A DNA stretch of 63,587 bases, filler included, from Welwitschia mirabilis (taxonomy: Eukaryota), in the NCBI GenBank assembly GCA_051453625.1. It is 9 parts of one record of this genome, joined end to end, with 100 filler letters (N's around TTAATTAATTAA, not from the genome) between each part and the next. Parts side by side here need not be neighbours in the genome. Positions count along the whole stretch, not along the records: positions 7,717 to 12,996 come from JBOZIK010000001.1; positions 13,097 to 15,288 come from JBOZIK010000001.1; positions 15,389 to 22,615 come from JBOZIK010000001.1; positions 22,716 to 54,366 come from JBOZIK010000001.1; 5 more parts are not named here. One strand, given 5' to 3'. Shown here piece by piece: positions 11,301 to 23,300 of this stretch. The notes beneath the pieces are model-generated. The model did not search any database, had not been told where the DNA came from, and saw only the letters and a list, made by a program, of their open reading frames with translations. Each line of letters begins with the position of its first letter. The first letter of the stretch is position 1. Both the position numbers and the translations under genes were made by a program.

Positions 11301-14300
11301 ACATCTTTATAAGGATATTGAAATGCCATTTCAATTATTCAACACTGACTATTTTTTAAGCATTCTATCCTCTTTCTAGTTTCATTACTATGCCTCTAAG
11401 TTATATTAAAATTGTATTTTTTTAATTTTGAGGGAGAGTGACTTCACCAATATACTTGCTGTGGGGTATGCACTCCCCATGCCTAGCCCGATGGGGGGGT
11501 GAAAGTCATTGCTTTTGCAGTTGTGGTAGTGAGCCCAACAATTGGTATCAAAGCCATGGTTTGGGCTTGGTTTCAGTTTGAATTCCTTGGTGCCTTCCTG
11601 ATTCATGTGAGCACTCAGCATGGGAATTGAGGAGGAGATTATTGTGTAGGTGCTGCCCATGCCTAGCCTAATAAGTGGGTAAATATTGAGTGTTCTAATT
11701 TCCACCTAAATCATGGCTTTTGTTGTGATGGTAGTGGGCCCAACACTTACACATTCTAAAAACTCTTTAGTCTACCTTCTTGAATTGCATTTTAGTTGTG
11801 CTTTAACCAATGAGACATTCACTGATTTGTATTGAATAGAGGTTTTTTGCCCTTTGCAAAATCATCTTGTTGGTTGTATTTTGCTAAAACTAAAAGGGAA
11901 ACAGGGATACAGGAATTGGTTCCCCTTGAGAGTGGATAGGCTGCAACAAAACCACTATGAATTTGTTGAATGCTTCTTGCTATTTTACTTTTGTCTTTGC
12001 AAAACTAAAGCTTACCTAGAAAATATGTAGGTATTCCTCTTTTACAACATGGAAAGGTAATATTCTTTCTCTAGCAAGAAGAGTTCAACTCATGCACAAA
12101 TGTCTTCAATCCTTATCAACTTTCATTGATGTTTTGTCTCTAGACTCTAAAAGAAGTTGTCAAGCACATGGAAAACCTGGAAAGAAATTTCTTATAGGAA
12201 AGCACCAATGGTGAAAAGCATGTTCATTTAAGAAAACAGGATCTGCTGTGCCAATCATGGAATGAAGGTGGTTTTGTATAAAAAGAGTTCATGAATCAAA
12301 TTTTTACCTATTAGCTAAAAGAGTGTGGTAGTTACATACAAAGAATGGAAAAGGGGTTCAAATGTTAAAAGCTAAATATTTAAGTCACTCTGGGAATTTC
12401 TTCAAAGGTCTAAATATTGTCGGAGGCTCTGCAATTTGGAATGGTTTGCAAAAGTTAAAAGATTGGTTAAAGAATTACATACATTCAGAGATTCACAAAA
12501 ACTGGAAATGGCAAAGTAAAGATCATTTCAAATCTTCAAAAGCTTGCAATAGCCTTTGAAGTTATCCCCTAGACAAGGAAGTTACTAAATGGGAAAAATT
12601 GGAATTGGCCAAAAGCTCTAGCTCCTTTTTTATTTAGCACGATCAGATAAATTGCTTTTTTAAAAGAATCTTCAAGAATGTGGTTCGTAATTATCGATGC
12701 TACGTTTGCAAACGAAAACTTTGGGGCTTCATTTTTTTCAATGACAAAGCGGCATATGGTTCTTCCAAATGATGTTGAAGACTTCTCTAAACAATGTTAT
12801 TGGCCACTAGATGAATGAGAGAGAAAATTGTTTTCTCTCGTTTGCTTCCTAGTGTGCTATGGCAGATTTGGAAAAAGCGTAATTTAAGACTGATTAGAAG
12901 AAAAGAATTGCTGGAAGTAAAGCCAAATCTCTTGATGTTATTTATTCCTTTGTAGTTTGACTTTATATATTTTTATATAGCCCCCTTCTTGTTGTANNNN
13001 NNNNNNNNNNNNNNNNNNNNNNNNNNNNNNNNNNNNNNNNTTAATTAATTAANNNNNNNNNNNNNNNNNNNNNNNNNNNNNNNNNNNNNNNNNNNNCTGC
13101 AGTAGTGACTTCAATCACTACTTCCATGAATATTACTTCTATGACCTTTGAACAGGTTGTTTCTGCACTTCAAAATTCTGAGGGCAGGTTGAATGAAGCG
13201 TCAACATTTGAAAGTGCCTTTGTGGCTGAAAACAAAGGCAGGAACCAAAAACATGACCATAGCAGTGGGAGATATAAGAGCAGAAGCGTCTCTTGTGAGT
13301 ATGGAATGCTAGTTTTGCAAGAAAAAGGACTACAGACAAAAGGACTGTTATGCATGGAAAGTAAAACAAAGGGAGAAAACAGAAAGAGGAAAACAAAAGA
13401 GTCCTCTTCTCAAGTGAATCAAGTTGAAGAAGATGCTAGTTTCCTTGTATCTGAACCATGTGCCTTTCGAACAGAGGAACGTGGCAAGTACGTGTGGTTG
13501 ATTGACACATGTGCCCCGTTTCATGTTTGCCTTGATCGTTCTGTCTTTACTTTATATTGTGATGTTTCGTCTAGTGTTGTCTATGCTGCCAATGGGAAAC
13601 CATTGACAGCTACTAGAATAGGCAGCATTGTTTTGCAGCAACCAGGGATGTCGAAAGTTACCATCAATAATGTTCGACATGTTCCAGAGGTGACAAAGAA
13701 GCTGGTCTCTGTCACATAGTTGGATGATCTAGGCTTGAATTTTTCAAGTGGTGGAGGCTGTTGGAGAATTACTAAAGAGATTATGACGATTTTTTAGGGC
13801 AAAAAGGAGTGTAGCATGTACATATTAGAAGCAAATGCTTGTGATGTAGTTGTTACAGTTTCAGATACAAAGGACGCTGATCTTTGGCACAAACGTCTTG
13901 GATATATTGGTAACTATGGTTTAAAGATATTGCAATCCCAATCTCTTCTTCCTGCATTTTCTCATACTCCAACGGACTTTTGTAAAGATTGTTTAGTTGG
14001 AAAGTCTTGAAGAGTTAATTTTCATAGGGACTTGGATAATAGGAAGAAAAACAAATTGGAATCTATTCTGATGTTCGTGAGCCTATGAATCCTGTTTCTC
14101 TTGGCGGTTCTTTATATTTTGTNNNNNNNNNNNNNNNNNNNNNNNNNNNNNNNNNNNNNNNNNNNNNNNNNNNNNNNNNNNNNNNNNNNNNNNNNNNNNN
14201 NNNNNNNNNNNNNNNNNNNNNNAGGAAGAAAAACAAATGGGAATCTATTCTGATGTTCGTGAGCCTATGAATCCTGTTTCTCTTGGCGGTTCTTTATATT

Positions 14301-17300
14301 TTGTAACATTTATTGATGACTGTACATAGAAGGTTTGGGTGTACATATTGAAATCTAAAGATGAAGTCCTAAGGATATTAAAACATTTGTTTCTAGGGTT
14401 GAAACGCAAACAGGTTTAAGGTTGAAATGTTCGCTTACTGACAATGGAGGAGAGCATACCTCCAAAGCTTTTGCAGAGTTTGTAATAGCAAGGGAATTCG
14501 TCACATTCATACCCCTCCAGGTACACCGCAAGAAAATAAGGTTGATGAAAGATGCAATAGGACGCTGCTAGAACAAGCCAGATCCATGGTTGCAGGTGCA
14601 AGTCTGTCCAAATACTTTTGGGCAGAAGCAGTGATGATAACGGCTCACTTGGTGAATAGATTACCTCATTCCTCTCTCAATGGTTTTCCAGAAATCCTAT
14701 GGAAAGGTAAAGATGTTTCCNNNNNNNNNNNNNNNNNNNNNNNNNNNNNNNNNNNNNNNNNNNNNNNNNNNNNNNNNNNNNNNNNNNNNNNNNNNNNNNN
14801 NNNNNNNNNNNNNNNNNNNNTTCCTATCAGCATTTAAGAGTTTTTGGGTGTGAAGCTTGTATACATATCCAAAAGGAAAATAGAACTAAACTACAAGAAA
14901 GATCCAAACGATGCATATTTGTTGGCTATGGAGAGGATGCTCTAGGCTATAGACTATGAGATCATGAGACCAGCTAGACTGTGAGGTCACGAGATGTCAA
15001 ATTTAGAGAACATGTAATGTTTGACAGTTTGCAGGATAAGAACCAAGAAGAGAATGATCTTGTCTCCCCGCATCAGTCTTGGAAGGTGAAAGACAAATCA
15101 GATGAAGAGCAAGAGGAAGAGCAAGAAGAAGAGGCTCCTGAAACTAGCATTTCAGATATTAATCAAATGTCTTCAAATGAAGAATAAGTAGAGGAGGAAC
15201 GGCCTATGGATACATTTCACTGGGTAAGGAGATCTACCAGAATTTCACATCCACCTGATAGGTATTCTCCTTCATTGAATTATGTTCTNNNNNNNNNNNN
15301 NNNNNNNNNNNNNNNNNNNNNNNNNNNNNNNNTTAATTAATTAANNNNNNNNNNNNNNNNNNNNNNNNNNNNNNNNNNNNNNNNNNNNAAGCGCCATACA
15401 CTTGGCAAAGAATTCAGCATTTCATGCAAGGACAAAACACATTGACATCCGATTTCATTTTGTAAAAAAAATTATTGAAAACAGGCTAGTGGATGTACAG
15501 AAAATAAATACCAAGATAAATGTTGTTGATGCACCCATAAAGGCAGTGGCAATGGACAAGAGTAACTTTTGCAAAGAAAATCTTGGGGTTGCAATGACGT
15601 GAGCAAAGGGCGTTTGAAGCAATGCATCTCTCTCGTTTGCTTGAAGGCTTGTCAGATTTGTCTTCAAGGGGTAGAATTGTTGGAAGTGAAGCCAATCTCT
15701 TGATGTTATTTATTCCTTTGTAGTTTGACTTTATATAGTTTTATATAGTCCCCTTCTTGTTGTAATTTAATATTAAAGGGAGAAGGGAAGTCTAATGAGG
15801 TCATCTAGAAAGTTCTAAAAGTTAGGGTTAGTGTTTCTACCCTAAAAAAAATCTATATAAGGAAATAGAAGCATGGAATGTCATAAGGTGTGTAGAAGTC
15901 GAGAGTTGCAATATTGGCTATTGAGGACGACTTGTGAACTTGCCCTTTTTCATTCTAATAGAGAGCTCTGCATTGCTTCCGTAGTTTTTCCCCACATTAG
16001 GGTTTTTCACGTAAACCTAATGGGTTGATGTTTGCATTCTGTTTTTGCTCTGTTGCATATGTCTAACAAGAATCTGCTATTTAATCTATTTGCAAATTGT
16101 TCATTAATGAATAGAAGGAAACTCTAAGAATTCAAAAAGGAATTATATTTTGAAATGTAAATGTTATTACTTGCATATTCCAATTTTCTTGTCCTATCAT
16201 TTTTGGCTAGCCTTTCATGGTGAAGAAGTTGGGTAAGTAGCCTTTATCATGTTAAGATAATCCTACCTTCCTTTTTCCTTTAGGCCTTAGGTTTACAGGT
16301 TTTTTTAGGACAGAGCCTTCTACTCTGAAAACCTCTGGGCAGAAAATAGTGGGTTGGGAGCCAAGAGAAGAAATTGGAAGCCAAATGTTTTGCATCTAAT
16401 ATAGATCTTGTTTTGGAAAGCTAACATCCCTATTGTTAGCAATGCACCGGCCACCATAGCATGGGATTTTTAACTTCTTCCCAAAAATTTTTTTTGTTAA
16501 AAAAAAAGTTCTATTTTACTAACAGCCAAGGCAGCACAATTCTCTTACTCAAATGTAAGTCACTAACAAGTTGCGAGTCTTGAGTCCTAATGAGTTTTGA
16601 ACACTAAATAGTGTTGACTTGGCTCAAATGAGTCAATTGTCAAAAACTCATGGTTTGTTTTCCTTTTTTTTTCACGCTTAACTCATGTGTGACTTGCAAC
16701 TCATTCAATTTGACCTGCATGCACACAATAGTCAAAACAAAACAAAAATGCAAACTGTGAAAAGCTAGCAGCCCCCACATCAAACCTTCATGTTAAAAAC
16801 ATGAGTCAAAATTCCCTCAAAACGTCATTTCCAGTGACGGAGAAGAGCTTTTTCAAGTGAAGATAGGAGTCTAAAAACATGTATGTTTCTTTTAACAAAT
16901 CCGGTAGCCTTTTCCTTGAACAACTTAGTTTAAAATCATCTATTCTAATCGATGATCATTTTGCAATTTTTTTGGGGTCATCTCAATGATTCAACAAATA
17001 TAAATTCATTCTTGTCACTTTGTAAAAAGAGTAATTCAAATCTTTCTAAAGGGATTCCCTGTTTTTCCTGAACACGATATGGCTCCAAAATGAAAAATGA
17101 GTGGAATTGAGAAAAGAGGTACCTCACAACAGAAACAGACCAAGGTTCTTAAGCTAAATGAAGGAATGAAGGTCAATACTACACTTCTACTGCTTTACCA
17201 AGACCCACATAAGGGCAAAAAGCCCAATAAGAGAGATTTATCCAAAGAAAACAAGAGCTGAGATGAAGGCATGCACATTTCCATGCAGAATGATTGGCAA

Positions 17301-20300
17301 CTGATAGAGAGAAGGTTTACTGTAGTTATTGTTTTGGTCTCTGTTTAGCTGTTTCACTGTTTCACAAACTTTCTAGTTCTCATTTATTGTATCTTGCTAT
17401 TTTCTTTTTTTAATAAATAAGATGAATTAACAAATTTCGTATTGCAATGACATACTAAAGGTCCACATAAGAAGGTTTTGGTGAAAGTCAAAAGTAATGT
17501 AACTTACATATTTGGTGTTTATAGTATTCATGTCTAATAATATTGTTTACAAGGAAGGAAAAGAAACATTTTCCCTCTATTGTCTGAAATTACAGAAAAG
17601 AAACATTTTCTCACCCTTTTCCCAGGCTTCACATTCTTTTTCCCAGTTCTTTTTTGACTCCTTTCCATAAATGAATTAGAAACAAGTCAATTGTCAAGTC
17701 AACCATTATTTCACAACATCAAAAGTCAAATTATGTTCAAGTGACTCACTGTGCTACCTTGGTTACAGCAATTTGAATCTTGTCTATAAGATTCACTATT
17801 TTAAAAATTAGCTATTTTTTATTTGGAAGTATGTTTCTAGTGTTGATATGTGAAGCCAAATTTATTATTTTGTAATGTCCCTAATGTTATGTTTTACATT
17901 GGGCCCACTTTAATATTGTAAAAGGAGGTTTCTATTTTAAAACCACCCTTGGGAGCATTAGGTAAAGATGGGACATATGTCAAGAGAGGGATGACACCCT
18001 CTTTAGGGGTTTTGTTTGTATGAGACAAAGAGTTGATAGAGTTTTGTGAGGAAATCTTGCTTGAAACCTATTGTTGGCTTATAATCTTTAAAGAAGATAA
18101 TAGAGCTCTACATTGCTTTCCCATGGTTTTTCCCCTCACTGGGGTTTTCCACGTAAATCGTTGGCTCTCTACGTTCTCTTGTTGCTTTCCTGAATCGCTT
18201 TGCTGTTGTGTATTTTTGTAACACTTGGTATCAGAGCACTGGGCTTGGAGTTCACACGTTTTGGCAATAAGCTTTCTATCCGTAAACCCTATGAGTAGAG
18301 TGAAGCAGCGTAAGCGCAGTGAAGTAAGCCAAGCACTGTGAACACAACGGAGACAGGCCACGAAGCGAAGCAAATGTAGCGGAGAAAGCTTACGCATGCG
18401 AAGCATGCACTCAAAATTTTTTGGGGTATCCGTATAATGTGTTTGGCATCTGTCTGTACAACCACACAGTTAAACGATGATGGAGCGTTTGCAAACGAAC
18501 GACCGGCTAATTGGAGCTAAGAACTAAGGCGTATGGAAGATTCTGATGGAAGACATCCTTTGCCAGAAGGAATGTGACGTTGTCTTAAAGACAAAAGCAG
18601 ATGCAAAGGCAGCATCTAGACTTTCTGACGCAGAATGGTTGAAGAAGTACCCTGATGAAGAGTGGAAGAAACTTGCCAGAAGGGCGTTTTCGTTGATACG
18701 GTCATGCCTTGGCAATGGGATTCTTCAATCTCACAACAAGATTTCTACGACATCTGAACTGTGGCAAATTTTGATGCAAAGGTATGATCAGCCTACTAGC
18801 ATGAACCAATTTTATACTATTAAAAATGTCTTCAAGATGAAGATGAAAGAAGGTGCGTCATTGCAAGCACACTTAGACAAGATGAACGAGTTATTCACAC
18901 AGTTGGACAACCTGAAGGTANNNNNNNNNNNNNNNNNNNNNNNNNNNNNNNNNNNNNNTTCCTTGCCTGATTCTTGGAAGACTATTCACACTACCCTAAT
19001 GACCGCTTAAGATACTATGTCGCATCTTAATACTGTAATTTCAAGGCTTCTAGATGCATACAAGACTAGGGTTGTTGAGTCTTCGTGAAGGATGTTCTTA
19101 GACCAGAGGAGAAGGATGTTGGCAAAGCAAGAGGATAGGAAAATCCGTCAACAAAAGCATTGAATGTTAGCACTGCAAGAAGAAAAGTCATTTACAGAAG
19201 GACTACTATAGCCTGAAAAACAAGCGTAAACAGAAGGAAGGAGGTAACAAGCAAAACCAGNNNNNNNNNNNNNNNNNNNNNNNNNNNNNNNNNNNNNNNN
19301 NNNNNNNNNNNNNNNNNNNNNNNNNNNNNNNNNNNNNNNNNNNNNNNNNNNNNNNNNNNNNNNNNNNNNNNNNNNNNNNNNNNNNNNNNNNNNNNNNNNN
19401 NNNNNNNNNNNNNNNNNNNNNNNNNNNNNNNNNNNNNNNNNNNNNNNNNNNNNNNNNNNNNNNNNNNNNNNNNNNNNNNNNNNNNNNNNNNNNNNNNNNN
19501 NNNNNNNNNNNNNNNNNNNNNNNNNNNNNNNNNNNNNNNNNNNNNNNNNNNNNNNNNNNNNNNNNNNNNNNNNNNNNNNNNNNNNNNNNNNNNNNNNNNN
19601 NNNNNNNNNNNNNNNNNNNNNNNNNNNNNNNNNNNNNNNNNNNNNNNNNNNNNNNNNNNNNNNNNNNNNNNNNNNNNNNNNNNNNNNNNNNNNNNNNNNN
19701 NNNNNNNNNNNNNNNNNNNNNNNNNNNNNNNNNNNNNNNNNNNNNNNNNNNNNNNNNNNNNNNNNNNNNNNNNNNNNNNNNNNNNNNNNNNNNNNNNNNT
19801 GCAAAAGGAGATGTCGACGTTGTGTTGATTGCAGATGCACAAGAGGTAAAGGTTTCCCAATACTCTTGTCCTGATGTTTGGATTCTGGATTCTAGTATTT
19901 CTTTTCATGTCTGCCCAGATGTTTCGATGTTTTTTTTCATATAACAAAGTTTCAGAGAAGTATGTGTATCTAGGGAATGATCGACGCTGTAAGATCAAAG
20001 GAATTAGATCTGTAATGCTACAAGGAAGCGACGGCAGAAAATTGTTTCTTCAGGATGTTAGATATGTGCCTAAACTTGCTAAAAACTGAATCTCAGCAGG
20101 TCAATTAGATGCTGCAACCTTGTACACTCTGCATGTTGATGTAGTAAAGCACAGTGTTGTTGTTGTTGGTGATGAGGACATATCTCTTTGGCATAAGAGA
20201 CTTGGACATCTTAGTGAAACTAGCATGAAGGTTCTTAGCTCTAAGAACTTGCTTCCAAAGTTTTACTCTGTTTCTTTAGAATTTTGTAAGGATTGTGCTA

Positions 20301-23300
20301 TTGCAAAAGCAAAACATGTAAACTTTAAAAAATTTGTTTCTGAAAACAAAAGTGTTGGAAAGCTAGATTTGGTTTATTCCGATGTTGTTAGGCCTATGAC
20401 AGTGACGCCTTTTGGTGGAGTGTCTTATTTTGTTACATTTATTGACAATTTTAGTTGAAAAACTTGGTTGTTTCCTAGAAAGATAGAGTCTAGAGTGAAA
20501 AATTAACTCAAGCTGTAAAATTAAACACTTGGTGGAGGTGAATACACCTCTCGTGACATTGAGATGTTTTGCAGAGATAATGGAATTGTCCACACAAAGA
20601 CACCTCCATATACACCTCAGAATAATGGAGATGCTGAAAAATATAATAGGACTATTTTAGAAAGGTTGCGTTCATTGTTACAACAATCTGGAGTTCGAAA
20701 ACGTTTTTGGGCTAAAGCAGCCAACACAACTGCATATCTTATAAACAGGTCACCATATTCAACAATTCAAGGAGAGGTACCAGACTCCGTGTGAAGTGGG
20801 AGAAAACTATCTTTCTCTCACTTGAAAGTGTTTGGCTATGAAGCGTATGTGCATTAGCATAACACAGGAAAACTAGGTAGACATGCACGCAAGTGCATTT
20901 TTCTAGGTTATGGAGGACACAATCATGGTTANNNNNNNNNNNNNNNNNNNNNNNNNNNNNNNNNNNNNNNNNNNNNNNNNNNNNNNNNNNNNNNNNNNNN
21001 NNNNNNNNNNNNNNNNNNNNNNNNNNNNNNNNNNNNNNNNNNNNNNNNNNNNNNNNNNNNAAAGACTTTTAAAATTTCAGATCACGAGGACGACGGTAAG
21101 GCGAGTAATCCTCCTAATGACGAGGATGATGGAGATGAAGACAATCCACCTGAACTGCAGCAACTTGATCTTTCAGAAGGTGTGATGATAAAGGAGAGCC
21201 TCATACTCCTGCACATTGGGTAAGAAGGTCTACTGGTCCCAATATAGCACCTGTTAGGTATTCACCGTCATTGCATTATATTCTGTCCACAGATAAAGGA
21301 AAACCTGAAACATATCAGGAAGTTGTCTCTTCACCTAACTCAAAGAAGTGGAATGCTACAATGAAAAAAGAGTTGGATGCTTTAAGGCATAATGATACAT
21401 AGGATGTGGTTCCCTTGCCAACTGGGAAACGTGCCTTATCCAACAGATGGGTCTTCAAAATAAAAGAACAGGCAAATGAAAAAGTGCGTTACAGGGCAAG
21501 CTTAATTGTAAAAGGTTTGGCTAGAAGCCAAGTCTTGATTTTACAGAAACTTTTCCTCCAATACTAAAGCATTCTTTTATTCGTGTTATCTTGTCCATTG
21601 TTATTGTCTTGAATTTGGAATTAGAGCAGTTGGATATTAAGATTGCTTTTCTGCATAGTGATCTTCAAGAAGAAATTTATATGAAATTGCCTAAAGGTTT
21701 TGAAACGAAAGAGAAGAACTTGGTCTGTAGTTTGACCAGAACTTTGTGTGGTCTAAAACAAGCACCAAGGCAATGGTATAAGAAATTTGACAGCTTTGTC
21801 CTGGAACAAAAATATAGGAGGAGTGATGTAGATCATTGTATTTATCTCCGTGGACAAGCTTCTGGTAAGAGTGTTATTTTACTGTTGTATGTTGATGATA
21901 TGCTTAATGCTGGAAATGGCATACAGGAAATAAGAGGTTGAAAAACAAAATGGAAAAATGCTTTGTAACCAAGGACTTAGGTCCTGCAAAATAGATTCTT
22001 GGGATAAGAATTTTTAGGGACAGCTCATGTAGAAAACTATGGCTTAGTTAATCTGATTACATTGGCAAAGTATTATAGCGTTTTAACATAACTAACTATA
22101 AGCCGGTTAGAACACCATTAGCAAGTCGCTTTCAATCGTCTGTGGAAGATTGCCCAAAAATAGAAGAAGAATAAGAAAGAATGGAAACGATTCCTTATGC
22201 TTCAACTATTGGAAGCTTGATGTATGCTATGGTCTACACAACACCAGATATTTCATATGTAGTGGGAGTTGTCTTATGTTTCATGGGAAACCCTGACCCA
22301 AAGCATTGGGAAGTTGTAAAATGCATCTTATGCTATCTAAAAGGTACACAGAATTATTGCTTGAGTTTTGGTCATACTAGATTGGATAATGTTAGTTATG
22401 TGAATTCTAGTTATGCTCAGTGTAAAGATACAAGAAAGTCCACTATTGGTTACGTTTTCTTGATGGGAGGTGGTCCTATTAGTTGGATGTCTCATTTGCA
22501 AAAAGACATGGCTTTATCGACTACAAAAGCAGAGTACGTAGCTATGACAGAGGCAACTAAAGAAATGATCTGGCTAAGACATTTACTTGACTAATCTGAG
22601 TTAAAACAACAACAANNNNNNNNNNNNNNNNNNNNNNNNNNNNNNNNNNNNNNNNNNNNTTAATTAATTAANNNNNNNNNNNNNNNNNNNNNNNNNNNNN
22701 NNNNNNNNNNNNNNNCCCACTTTAATATTGTAAAAGGAGGTTTCTATTTTAAAACCATCCTTGGGGGCGTTAGGTAGAGATGGGACATGTGTCAAGAGAA
22801 GGATGATACCCCCTTAGGGTTTTGGCTTGTAACCCTAATTAACTATAAGCCTCGGCCTCTTTAATGGTGCTGTGAGGGTTGTTTGCATGAGACAGGGAGT
22901 TGATAGAGTTCTATGAGGCATTCTTTTCTGAAGCCTGTTGTTGGCTTATAATCTTTGAAGAAGATAATAGAGCTCTGCATTGCTTTCCCGTTGTTTCCCC
23001 TCGTTGGGGTTTTCCACGTAAATCCTTGTGTATTTACATAACATCTAGTTGGCATCCTATTCAGCCCCAACCCTCTCTAAGGATTAACCTCCTGCTCACA
23101 ATAACCACTTACAATGTGGGCATATAATATCAAAAGAAAACAAAGGTACCATACAGGGCTGTATTAATGACATAAGGAATTCGACTTAAAAGAAGTCTAA
23201 ATTGAAACCTTCAAGAGAAGACACATTCTAGGGAACATGTCAATGCACAAAACAGGTAAAAATAATAAGTAGTTATAATAAATCTAGAAACAACATTTTC

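Noticed and set aside
14041..14302. ~80-bp direct repeats on either side of 100-N gaps, also 43533-43788 and 49677-49931
   Set aside because: Near-identical copies abutting a gap indicate unmerged contig overlaps
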